Virus record (IMG/VR): IMGVR_UViG_3300017917_003637
Location: 1-64,000 of that record
Source: a virus
Reading direction: 5' to 3' (one strand)
Length of the DNA: 64,000 bases
Numbering within the stretch: position 1 is the stretch's first letter; each line of letters opens with the position of its first letter. The position numbers and the translations under genes were made by a program. Below are positions 28,744 through 37,704 of this stretch, piece after piece. Below the pieces are notes generated by a model, which saw nothing but the letters and a program-made list of their open reading frames with translations, was not told where the DNA came from and made no database searches.

Positions 28744-28899
28744 ATGAAACGTTACGCTTTAAAAACAAAAACAGGTGAAGTGATTAACACAATCAATGCT
28801 GTCGATAAAGACCAAGCTGTTGATTTGTTTGCTGAGATTAAAAAATTATCCAAGGAAGATTTACTAGATATCTATTTAGTTGATATTTTTATACGATAA
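28744..28899 (+). CDS. small hypothetical protein
   Basis: ATG at 28744 (MKRYALK). Confidence 0.6.
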   Translation: MKRYALKTKTGEVINTINAVDKDQAVDLFAEIKKLSKEDLLDIYLVDIFIR

Positions 28900-28966
28900 T
28901 TTAGGTTTTTTTATTTTTTTGATATATTTATTAGAAAATAAGATTTTATTTTAAAACTTAATAGAC

Positions 28967-29170
28967 ATGTCAAACGTTAAAAAAACCGTTAAAATCAAAG
29001 AATCTCACCTTGTTGATTTAATCGACAATATTGTTAATGAAGCTGTTGCTGTAAAAAAACAAGAGTGGATTAACGAGCAAGCTAAAAAACAAAGTGAGTC
29101 AAGCAAATTGATGGAGGCTAAAATCGCTAAATTAGAAAAAGCCGTAAGAAGACTTACCGAAGGTAAATAA
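28967..29170 (+). CDS. small coiled-coil protein (KIKESHL...IVNE N-terminus)
   Basis: ORF after ATATTTAT at 28924. Confidence 0.7.
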   Translation: MSNVKKTVKIKESHLVDLIDNIVNEAVAVKKQEWINEQAKKQSESSKLMEAKIAKLEKAVRRLTEGK

Positions 29171-29268
29171 TTTAAGCCAAACAAACTAATACTAAGACTG
29201 GGATAGATTTTTTCTGTCCTAGTCTTTTATTTTTTATACCTTTTGTTATATTTACTATAAAAAGTTTT

Positions 29269-29958
29269 ATGCAAAGGGTTATAGAGAAACTACACATTAG
29301 TGAAATCCCACTAATATCAACTGTTACTAGAGATGAATTTATTACTGCTAGTGAAATAGCATTTGATTGCAAATTCGATGGACATTCATTATTTTATCCA
29401 TGGGTGTTACCAAAATCAATACCTAGTAAATTTAAGATTGGTGTGATTGTTGGTTCCAGCGGTTCTGGTAAATCAACACTTTTAAAAGAATTTGGTGTTG
29501 AAGAAACACCAATATGGGATTCAAATAAATCAATCATTTCACATTTTGAAACACCTGAAGATGGTATTAACAAGTTAAGTTCAGTTGGGCTTAATTCAGT
29601 ACCTTCATGGTATAAACCATATCACGTTTTATCCAACGGTGAAAAGTTCAGAGCTGATTTGGCCAGAAAGATAAGGTCCAATGCTGTTATAGATGAATAC
29701 ACCAGTGTTGTGGATAGAAACGTAGCCAAAGCGGCCAGTGTGTCGTTATCAAGGTATGTAAAGAATAATGATATTCATAACATTGTATTATCAACATGTC
29801 ATAGAGATATATTGGATTGGCTTGAACCTGATTGGGTAATAGATACAGATAGTGGTGAGCTAATCGACGGTTTTTTTTTGTCCGACCAGAAATCAAACTT
29901 GACGTATATCGCACAAGCCATGATTGTTGGAGAATGTTTAGCCAGCATCACTATTTAG
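29269..29958 (+). CDS. ABC-type ATPase (N-terminal part of a probable frameshift fusion with GNAT)
   Basis: GSSGSGKS, LSNGE, IDEYTS.VDR, STCH motifs. Confidence 0.85.
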   Translation: MQRVIEKLHISEIPLISTVTRDEFITASEIAFDCKFDGHSLFYPWVLPKSIPSKFKIGVIVGSSGSGKSTLLKEFGVEETPIWDSNKSIISHFETPEDGINKLSSVGLNSVPSWYKPYHVLSNGEKFRADLARKIRSNAVIDEYTSVVDRNVAKAASVSLSRYVKNNDIHNIVLSTCHRDILDWLEPDWVIDTDSGELIDGFFLSDQKSNLTYIAQAMIVGECLASITI

Positions 29959-30359
29959 ATGCTAAAGTGAATAAAGCTGCAAGATTTTATGTTGGGATAT
30001 GGGATGGGAACGTTGTTGCGTTTGGTGCTGCTATAACAATGCCAAATGGAGCTGTTAAAAACGCATGGAGGGGTCATAGGACCGTTGTGTTGCCAGATTT
30101 TCAAGGAATGGGTATAGGTGTTAGGTTTTCAGATATAATCGCGCAAATCCACTTAAATGAAGGTCACAGATATTTTTCAAGAACCGCACACCCGCGCATG
30201 GGGGAATATAGGGAGAAATCACAGTTGTGGAAACCAACCAGCAAAAATAAAAAATTAAGAACTGATGTTAAACATGAGAATGTTTATAACAATCATTTTG
30301 CGGATAATAAAAGGGTGTGTTATAGTCATGAATACATAGGCATAAAAAAAGAGGGATAA
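29880..30359 (+). CDS. GNAT/Mom-like acyltransferase (C-terminal part, -1 frame)
   Basis: VRPEIKLDVYR...W..F..HHYL...RTVVLPDFQGMGIG; the frame is open upstream of ATG 29934 back to the T9 run. Confidence 0.8.
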   Translation, partial: VRPEIKLDVYRTSHDCWRMFSQHHYLDAKVNKAARFYVGIWDGNVVAFGAAITMPNGAVKNAWRGHRTVVLPDFQGMGIGVRFSDIIAQIHLNEGHRYFSRTAHPRMGEYREKSQLWKPTSKNKKLRTDVKHENVYNNHFADNKRVCYSHEYIGIKKEG

Positions 30360-30369
30360 ACCCTCTTTT

Positions 30370-31011
30370 TTATTTTATTCTTTTAGCGATTATTTGTACA
30401 GTACAAATTACGTTATTTTTACCCTTGTCGAATTTAACATCAACCACATCAAATTCAAACTCTATTGAATCTAAATTAAGAGCTGAAGCTATTTGTACTT
30501 TGGCTTTATTTATAGCTAAGTCTTTTGCCATTTCTTTGGTTGGACCATCTGTTTTAGCAATTGATGTAAATGACCCGTCAGCGTTTTTGGTTACACCAAT
30601 TTTATGTAATTTTTCAATCTTATATGGGTTTTTATTCATAGCATGCATATTTGGGGATGCCAATGTTGAAGCAGCCATGCCCAATGTACCGAGTGTTCTA
30701 GCAAGACTACCCTCTTCAATTTCCTCTCTAAGAAGTCTTTGGATTAATTGTCTTTGAGATTCTTTTACGGTTTCAAATTCTTTTTCAGCATCTTTTTCCA
30801 TTTTAATGAGTCTGTCGTAGTAATCTGGAAATTCTGTAATATGGTCCATAGCGATTTCAGTGGCTCTTTCTTTGTCATCAGTATGTTCCAATTCAATCTT
30901 AACCCCTTTTTTTATTTGAGCTTCTATTTTATCAACAGACACTTTGAATTTATCTGCTATGTCTTTTACCGTCATTTTGTCGGCTTTTCCGCCTTTGATT
31001 GTGTTTTTCAT
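30370..31011 (-). CDS. DUF5661-like domain protein with internal IQRLLRE tag
   Basis: KGVKIELEHTDD...EIAMDHITEFPDYYDRL; ATG at 31011 preferred. Confidence 0.7.
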   Translation of the reverse strand: MKNTIKGGKADKMTVKDIADKFKVSVDKIEAQIKKGVKIELEHTDDKERATEIAMDHITEFPDYYDRLIKMEKDAEKEFETVKESQRQLIQRLLREEIEEGSLARTLGTLGMAASTLASPNMHAMNKNPYKIEKLHKIGVTKNADGSFTSIAKTDGPTKEMAKDLAINKAKVQIASALNLDSIEFEFDVVDVKFDKGKNNVICTVQIIAKRIK

Positions 31012-31013
31012 AA

Positions 31014-31421
31014 TTATATGTAATCTTCTGGGTGTAGTCTTCCCCATTTTCTCATTATTACCCCAGCCAATGCATTGGCTTCGTTTTCTATTGGACTACC
31101 GTCAGCACCATCTTTTTCTGGGTCTGTTAGTTTTCCAATTATATTTTGTTTGTGATGTACAAGCTCATGAGCAATTGAACGCATAACGTCAATCTTCGCT
31201 CTATCCTTTACATATACTTTAACTCTATGGTCACTGTTGTGATAATACGCTGTTGTTCTTAAGTCTGGTGTTTTTTCAAACGCCAATTCAACTTTTACAT
31301 CATCATCTATAGCTAACAATTTCTTAGCAAAGTTTACAAAATCAGACACATCCAAGACATCTTCTTTGTCTTTGGTCATGATTGCTTCTCTAAGTAATTG
31401 TTTTATAAATCCTTTTGACAT
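31014..31421 (-). CDS. small zincin metallopeptidase-like protein with IKQLLRE tag
   Basis: RSIAHELVHHKQ...ENEANA; ATG at 31421 follows ATATTTAT. Confidence 0.75.
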   Translation of the reverse strand: MSKGFIKQLLREAIMTKDKEDVLDVSDFVNFAKKLLAIDDDVKVELAFEKTPDLRTTAYYHNSDHRVKVYVKDRAKIDVMRSIAHELVHHKQNIIGKLTDPEKDGADGSPIENEANALAGVIMRKWGRLHPEDYI

Positions 31422-31484
31422 TATTATAGTTTTACTATAAATATTGTTTAAAATAAAAAAACCCACTTTCGTGGGCTTTTTATG

Positions 31485-33989
31485 TTATGCTTTTTTCTTT
31501 GAAGTAGTTTTTTCTATTACTAGAGTTTCCTCATCCTTAGAATATACAATTTTAATCGTATCCCCTTCTTCAAAGGCTTCTGTTAGAATTTCGTCAGCCA
31601 CTAAGTCTTCAACGTAATGTTGGATGGCTCTGTTGAGTGGTCTGGCACCGTATTCTTCATCGTAACCTTGTGTTGCAATAAAATCCAAGGCTTCCTCTGT
31701 AATATCCAAATTAAATTTCAACTCAGCAAGTCTGCTTTCCAAGTGTTTGATTTCGATATCGATAATCTCTCTGATGTTTTCTTTTGAAAGAGAATTGAAC
31801 ACGATGGCTTCATCAATACGGTTAAGGAATTCTGGTTTGAATTTTTTCTTAAGAGCTTTGTCAATAATCGCTCTTGTTTTGGCTTGTTCGTTGAATGCGC
31901 TAACACCAGTTTCAAATCCCATGTTTTTACCAAATGAGTTTGCTTCTTTAACACCAATGTTAGAGGTCATAATGATAAGAGCGTTTTTAAAGTTAACCTT
32001 ACGGCCAAGACCATCGGTTAAATGACCCTCATCAAGCAATTGCAATAGCATATTGAATACATCATCATGAGCTTTTTCAATCTCATCAAACAAGATTACA
32101 CAGTGTGGTTTACGTCTAACTTTTTCAGTTAACTGACCACCTTGGTCGTAACCAACGTAACCTGGTGGTGGACCAACCAATCGAGATACAGAATGTTTTT
32201 CCATGTATTCAGACATGTCAACTCTAACAAGAGCTTCAGCGTCACCATATACATGTTCAGCTAGCAATTTAGCCAAGAGTGTTTTACCAACACCTGTTGG
32301 TCCTAAGAAGATAAATGAACCAACTGGTTTATTTTTATCCTTGATACCGATTCTGTTACGTTTAATTGCTTTAACAACCTTAACAACAGCATCTTCTTGT
32401 CCAATAACTTTTCCGCTCAACTCTTTGTCCATGTTCATAAGACGTTTGCTTTCTTGAGTTGAAATTTTGTTAAGAGGAATACCAGTCATCATTGAAACAA
32501 CTTCAGAGATTAACTCAACACCAACTTCAGTTACTTTATCATCTAAGTTTGTCTGCCAATCGTGGATGGCTTTTTCTAAGTTGTCAGTGATTTCTCTTTC
32601 TTTATCACGAAGTTTAGCAGCTTCTTCGTATTGTTGTTTTTTTACAACTTCAGTCTTTTTATCAAGGATTTCTTTGATTTGTTCTTCAAGTTCTTTTATA
32701 TTCTCTGGTTTTTCAACAGATACGTTTGTTGTGGCACCAGCTTCATCCAACACATCGATAGCCTTGTCTGGCATCGCTCGGTCCATAATGTATCTTGCGG
32801 ATAGCTTAACACATTCTTCAATGGCTTCTTCGGTGTATTTTACTCTGTGGTGTTTTTCGTATTTTTCTTTGATGTTCATCAAAATAACTTTGGTTTGCTC
32901 TAAAGTAGGTTCTTCAACAAGCACTTGTTGAAAACGTCTTGTAAGAGCACCGTCTTTTTCGATGTTTTCACGGTATTCGTCGAGTGTTGTTGCACCAATG
33001 ATTTGAATCTCACCTCTAGCCAAGGCTGGTTTAAAGATATTTGAAGCGTCCAGTGAACCGCTTGAATTACCAGCACCAACAATGGTGTGTAACTCGTCTA
33101 TGAACAATACGATATCTGGGTTGGATTTACACTCTTCAAGAATGGCTTTCATTCTTTCTTCAAATTGACCACGGTATTTAGTACCTGCAACAATTGACGC
33201 TAAGTCTAGCATGTAGATTTTTTTACCAGTAAGTGTTCTTGGTGCGTTGCCTTCAAAGATAAGTTGAGCAAGCCCTTCAACGATTGCTGTTTTACCAACA
33301 CCAGGTTCACCAATCAAAACTGGGTTGTTTTTCTTTCTTCTTGATAGAATTTGAGAAACTCTTTTGATTTCAACTTCTCTACCTACAACTGGGTCTATTT
33401 GACCTTTTTCAACAGCCTTGGAAATGTCTCGACAAAAATTGTCCAACACTGGTGTTTTTGTTTTGCTGTCTTTGTTCTTGGGTTTTCTGAATGAATCGTT
33501 TTCATCGTGGTCTTCATTGCTAAAAGCACTGTTTTTGTGTTCTAATTTGTCCATATTTGTAACGGTTTTAAAAAATTTGTTGTAGGTTATACCCATTTCA
33601 GCTAGTAAACTAACCAAGGGTGTTTTTGAATCTAGGATACTAAGCATGACGTGAGTAGTATCAATAATATTGTCTTTTAATTTTTCACAGTGTTTGTCTA
33701 AATTTTTGATAATCACTTTCATTTCATCTGAAAAAGGCAAATTATTTCTTCCGTGGTATCCAGTTCTTGGGGTTAAGTCACTTTTTCTTGTAAAGTCTGA
33801 AACCTTATCATATAAGTCAAATGTGTCTATACCCATTATACTTAAGGCTCTAGCACACTCATTTTCATTATCAATCATCATAGACAGCACAACGTGTTCA
33901 GGCTTAATTCTATTGTCATCATGGCCCTTGGCTTCTTTTGTTGCAATAGTCATAATGATTTTAACTTTTGGGTCTATTTTTCTGTCCAT
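31485..33989 (-). CDS. clpC: ClpC-type AAA+ chaperone/unfoldase
   Basis: Clp N-domain, GEPGVGKT and GPTGVGKT Walker A motifs, UVR-like QQYEEAAKLRD, MGF loop. Confidence 0.92.
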   Translation of the reverse strand: MDRKIDPKVKIIMTIATKEAKGHDDNRIKPEHVVLSMMIDNENECARALSIMGIDTFDLYDKVSDFTRKSDLTPRTGYHGRNNLPFSDEMKVIIKNLDKHCEKLKDNIIDTTHVMLSILDSKTPLVSLLAEMGITYNKFFKTVTNMDKLEHKNSAFSNEDHDENDSFRKPKNKDSKTKTPVLDNFCRDISKAVEKGQIDPVVGREVEIKRVSQILSRRKKNNPVLIGEPGVGKTAIVEGLAQLIFEGNAPRTLTGKKIYMLDLASIVAGTKYRGQFEERMKAILEECKSNPDIVLFIDELHTIVGAGNSSGSLDASNIFKPALARGEIQIIGATTLDEYRENIEKDGALTRRFQQVLVEEPTLEQTKVILMNIKEKYEKHHRVKYTEEAIEECVKLSARYIMDRAMPDKAIDVLDEAGATTNVSVEKPENIKELEEQIKEILDKKTEVVKKQQYEEAAKLRDKEREITDNLEKAIHDWQTNLDDKVTEVGVELISEVVSMMTGIPLNKISTQESKRLMNMDKELSGKVIGQEDAVVKVVKAIKRNRIGIKDKNKPVGSFIFLGPTGVGKTLLAKLLAEHVYGDAEALVRVDMSEYMEKHSVSRLVGPPPGYVGYDQGGQLTEKVRRKPHCVILFDEIEKAHDDVFNMLLQLLDEGHLTDGLGRKVNFKNALIIMTSNIGVKEANSFGKNMGFETGVSAFNEQAKTRAIIDKALKKKFKPEFLNRIDEAIVFNSLSKENIREIIDIEIKHLESRLAELKFNLDITEEALDFIATQGYDEEYGARPLNRAIQHYVEDLVADEILTEAFEEGDTIKIVYSKDEETLVIEKTTSKKKA

Positions 33990-34081
33990 ACTTGGTTTAT
34001 TTTTTGCAAATATACTAAATTATTTTTAAAAAGCAATATTGATTTTTACAATAATTATTCGTATATTTGTATAAAAACAAT

Positions 34082-34300
34082 ATGATACCTACTGTACCTA
34101 AATTTGGAAAAGTTGAATTATTGGTAAACACTGGCACTGCTAGAACCAATTTAAGCTTTGATGACTGTGGTCTTATGATTACTGGTGATTATATTATCGT
34201 AATCTTAGACGAAAAGGATGAAATGAACCATACACTTACTAGTACTGGTAAGATTTTTCATTTAAGAGATGTTGACTCTTATAAAACACACGCAAAATAA
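34082..34300 (+). CDS. hypothetical protein
   Basis: ATG at 34082 after a host-type promoter. Confidence 0.65.
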   Translation: MIPTVPKFGKVELLVNTGTARTNLSFDDCGLMITGDYIIVILDEKDEMNHTLTSTGKIFHLRDVDSYKTHAK

Positions 34301-34322
34301 CAATTACCTAATAAAAACATTT

Positions 34323-34790
34323 ATGCTTTTAAAAAAACAAGAAAACAACAATGTAACTAAGGCTATCTACGCCTCTTCTAATGTCTGCGCATCAACGTAT
34401 GATAGAACAACTAGAGACTTAACCATTATCTTTAACAATGGTGGTCAATACAAGTACCCTAACGTTTCTGAAACTGACTACACTCGTTTTGAGCTTGCCG
34501 ATAGTCAAGGTGTGGTTTTAAACTCACATATCAAAAAATATGCGTTTGAAAAATTAGATAAAGTTGACCCTAGCGCTATTTTGGCTGAGGTTACTGAATT
34601 AAAAGACGCTGAGAAAAAAGCAAGAATTCAACAAGTAACTAAATCTATGGTTGCTGCTATTAACGCTGTTAGTGTTTATTATGAATCAACTGAAACTGTT
34701 GACCCAGCGTTGTATACTAAAATGAAGTCAGCGATGGAAGAATATGAAAAAATAACATCTTCAGCTGCCGCTACAGTAGTTAACGACTAA
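34323..34790 (+). CDS. KTSC domain protein
   Basis: SSNV....YD.....L.IIFNNG.QYKY.NV....Y..F..ADSQG..LN..IK. Confidence 0.8.
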   Translation: MLLKKQENNNVTKAIYASSNVCASTYDRTTRDLTIIFNNGGQYKYPNVSETDYTRFELADSQGVVLNSHIKKYAFEKLDKVDPSAILAEVTELKDAEKKARIQQVTKSMVAAINAVSVYYESTETVDPALYTKMKSAMEEYEKITSSAAATVVND

Positions 34791-34792
34791 TT

Positions 34793-35227
34793 ATGGTTGA
34801 GGAATATGAAAATAAATGCACGGATTGGGTGTTCTTAAAAGAGCACCCATTAGTGCGTTTTACGGATTATCCATTATCAATGGTTCATATTACTGATGGC
34901 ATAAATGTTAGAAGTAGAACTGTTGATGTTAAAAGTTGTCAAATAGATTTGGTTGGTAGACTTAAAAAAGAAGAAAAAATTCGTAATAGAATGTTTGTTG
35001 TATATCCGTTTAATAAAGATAAAGAACAAATTTATAGTATAACATATAACCCTATGAATTTTTCAGAAGTTAAAACAATAAGATTTGCTGAGATTGAAAT
35101 AACCAAGGAAGAGTGGAATTTTATGATGAAACAAAAACTTAGAGAGCGAGAAGAAAATTACAAAAAATCACTAGAAAAAGAAAGAAGAGCAAACACAAAT
35201 TACAAATACCTTTTAATTAGAAGATAA
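34793..35227 (+). CDS. hypothetical protein
   Basis: Coupled ORF in an operon. Confidence 0.7.
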   Translation: MVEEYENKCTDWVFLKEHPLVRFTDYPLSMVHITDGINVRSRTVDVKSCQIDLVGRLKKEEKIRNRMFVVYPFNKDKEQIYSITYNPMNFSEVKTIRFAEIEITKEEWNFMMKQKLREREENYKKSLEKERRANTNYKYLLIRR

Positions 35228-35505
35228 TGAAAAATAAAGATTACAAAAAACTTAGTTTATTAAACTATGAAGGTGATGTACTTAAAGCATATCATATCCC
35301 ACTAGCCAAAACTTTTCTTGTTGTTGATGACCATGGTCATATTGTTGAGTCATGTTCTAAAAAAGAGTTGATTGATTTCCTAGAGGGTAGGAAAGAAATA
35401 ACTACCAGCTATGGTAAAACATATAACTTTACCAAAGAACATGAAGGTGCAAAAAGAAGCCCAGAAGAAATTAACGAATTTTTAAAATTGCAAAAAGATG
35501 AGTAA
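35227..35505 (+). CDS. hypothetical protein
   Basis: Coupled ORF. Confidence 0.7.
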   Translation: MKNKDYKKLSLLNYEGDVLKAYHIPLAKTFLVVDDHGHIVESCSKKELIDFLEGRKEITTSYGKTYNFTKEHEGAKRSPEEINEFLKLQKDE

Positions 35506-35683
35506 TGTAACTATAAGTAAAGAAAAATTACAAAAATTGTTAGACAATTTTTATGAAGTTTGCAACTTATGTGATGAAATGGATATCTATGAGTTTGAAG
35601 AAGGTGATGAATCTATGCAAGAGATGAAAAAATGGGCTAAAGATACTTTTGGTAGAAAAATTGATAAGGACAATTATGAATAA
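35498..35683 (+). CDS. hypothetical protein
   Basis: Coupled ORF. Confidence 0.6.
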   Translation: MSNVTISKEKLQKLLDNFYEVCNLCDEMDIYEFEEGDESMQEMKKWAKDTFGRKIDKDNYE

Positions 35684-35834
35684 TTTAGATGGTTCAGAAT
35701 TTATAGATGATGATTTATGGGACCATTATAGTGGTTTACCTAGCCCAGCGTGGTATCAACACATAAAAGAACAAAATGAAAAAGATAATCATGATAATAG
35801 CATTCCTAGCGGAAATGCTGATAAACAAATTTAA
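35676..35834 (+). CDS. small hypothetical protein (WDHYSGLPSP motif)
   Basis: ATG at 35676 overlaps the upstream gene's end. Confidence 0.55.
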   Translation: MNNLDGSEFIDDDLWDHYSGLPSPAWYQHIKEQNEKDNHDNSIPSGNADKQI

Positions 35835-35852
35835 ACGTAAAAGAAAAAGTAT

Positions 35853-37118
35853 ATGGGATTTGTAAACAACCTAGATAAACAATACACAGACCTACTCAGA
35901 GATATCCTAGAAAACGGTACACGTAAGGGTGACCGTACTGGGACTGGAACAATTTCACTATTTGGAAGACAAATCAGACACAAAATGTCAGAAGGATTTC
36001 CACTTCTAACTACAAAGAAAATGCCATTCAAAACAATCGTAACAGAACTTCTTTGGTTCTTACGAGGTGATACAAACATCAAATACCTTGTTGATAATAA
36101 TTGTCATATTTGGGATGGAGATGCTTATAAGAATTTTATCAACCACCCTGATTATAAAGCCGAGTCTGTCGCTGATTTAATGAGGTCACAAGCTGGTCAA
36201 TTGGCAAAATGCTCAACACAAGAAGAATTCATAAACAGAATCAAAACTGATGATAAATTTGCTAAGAAGTGGGGTGAATTAGGTCCAATTTATGGTAAGC
36301 AATGGAGAAAATGGAGTGTTTTACCTGATAAGTATGGTGCTTACAATCGTAACCCCATTGACCAAATCCAAAATCTAATCAACGACCTTAAAACAAATCC
36401 TGACTCAAGACGATTAATGGTCAACGCTTGGAATGTTGGTGAATTAGACCAAATGGTTCTTCCACCTTGTCATTATGGATTTCAAGTTTATACAAGAGAG
36501 TTGAGTTTGGATGAAAGAAATGATTTGCTTTACAAAAAAATAGGTGGTGAACATAAAAGAGAAAATTGTTTTAGTGATGAAGAGTTTGAAAGAGAGACAT
36601 TACAAGATTGTAAAGCTTTTAACATTCCAACCAGAGCAATCTCTTTAATGTGGAATCAACGTTCAGTAGATACTTTCTTAGGTTTACCATTCAACATTGC
36701 TTCTTATGGATTGTTATTGGAGATAATTGCAAAAGAAGTTAATATGGTACCCGATGAATTGATAGGTAACTTGGCTGATGTACATTTGTATTCAAACCAT
36801 GTGGACCAAGCCATGGAACAAATTGGTAGAGATTTAACCGATGAGGAAAGATACAACATTTGGTTCAACAACAATTATGAAACTGGTATGGAGAGATATT
36901 TTGACCCTAACAATTTACCAGATTTTGACAATGAGTATTATGAACCAACACCTAAACGAACAAGAGAACCTTTTCCATTACCTAAATTAACATTTAACCC
37001 TATATTCTTAGCCAACCTAGAACATAAAGGGTTTGATGAAGCTATAAATGGTGAAGTTAATTTTCAATTAGAAAACTATCAATCACATTCAATAATTAAA
37101 GCACCACTTTCAAACTAG
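35853..37118 (+). CDS. thyA: thymidylate synthase
   Basis: DRTGTGT, ELLWFLRG, LPPCH, QRSVDTFLGLPFNIASY, HLYSNH. Confidence 0.96.
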   Translation: MGFVNNLDKQYTDLLRDILENGTRKGDRTGTGTISLFGRQIRHKMSEGFPLLTTKKMPFKTIVTELLWFLRGDTNIKYLVDNNCHIWDGDAYKNFINHPDYKAESVADLMRSQAGQLAKCSTQEEFINRIKTDDKFAKKWGELGPIYGKQWRKWSVLPDKYGAYNRNPIDQIQNLINDLKTNPDSRRLMVNAWNVGELDQMVLPPCHYGFQVYTRELSLDERNDLLYKKIGGEHKRENCFSDEEFERETLQDCKAFNIPTRAISLMWNQRSVDTFLGLPFNIASYGLLLEIIAKEVNMVPDELIGNLADVHLYSNHVDQAMEQIGRDLTDEERYNIWFNNNYETGMERYFDPNNLPDFDNEYYEPTPKRTREPFPLPKLTFNPIFLANLEHKGFDEAINGEVNFQLENYQSHSIIKAPLSN

Positions 37119-37145
37119 TATGATATTTATTTATAAAATATCATT

Positions 37146-37646
37146 ATGTTTGAAGCAATTAAAAATCTTAAACCAGCACATAGATTTCAAGCCTTTTTGG
37201 TTGTTGTAATCTTATCAACATTATCATCAGTTACAACAGCTTACTTGTCAACAGATGATTGTAGTGGATTAGCTAACCAATACAATGTATTGATTAAAAA
37301 CTACACTGAGACATTGTCATTAAACAATCAGTTGGTTTCTGACAACAATCAGAAACAAAAAGATTTTATGTTGATAAAGAAAATGTTGGATAGTTTAAAC
37401 ATGGTTGAACCTGAAATTGTTAAAAAAACAACAATAAAAAATAAAACAGATAGGCCTATTGTTCATCACACTGTTAGAGATAATCATTTAGTTGATAGTG
37501 TTATGGTGGCAACATCGCCATTAGAAGTTGAAACTAGAAGTAGTAAAACTATAACGACTGAAACAACAGTAAGCAAAATAGGTGATAAACACAAATCAAT
37601 TTTAGGTAATGTTTATGACGTATTAAAAAAACACGAAAAACAATAA
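37146..37646 (+). CDS. membrane-anchored coiled-coil protein
   Basis: N-terminal hydrophobic segment then heptads; ATATTTAT upstream. Confidence 0.6.
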   Translation: MFEAIKNLKPAHRFQAFLVVVILSTLSSVTTAYLSTDDCSGLANQYNVLIKNYTETLSLNNQLVSDNNQKQKDFMLIKKMLDSLNMVEPEIVKKTTIKNKTDRPIVHHTVRDNHLVDSVMVATSPLEVETRSSKTITTETTVSKIGDKHKSILGNVYDVLKKHEKQ

Positions 37647-37704
37647 AAAACACCCAAAAGGGTGTTTTTTTATTTTAAAGAATATTTATAGTTAAAAACT
37701 TAAT

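Noticed and set aside
31718-34029. Numerous antisense and alternate-frame ORFs within clpC and other long genes
   Set aside because: They are shadow ORFs from codon bias, with no motifs or expression signals.
35853-37118. Intron or intein in thyA
   Set aside because: The ORF is continuous; the extra length comes from short in-frame insertions without intein terminal motifs.
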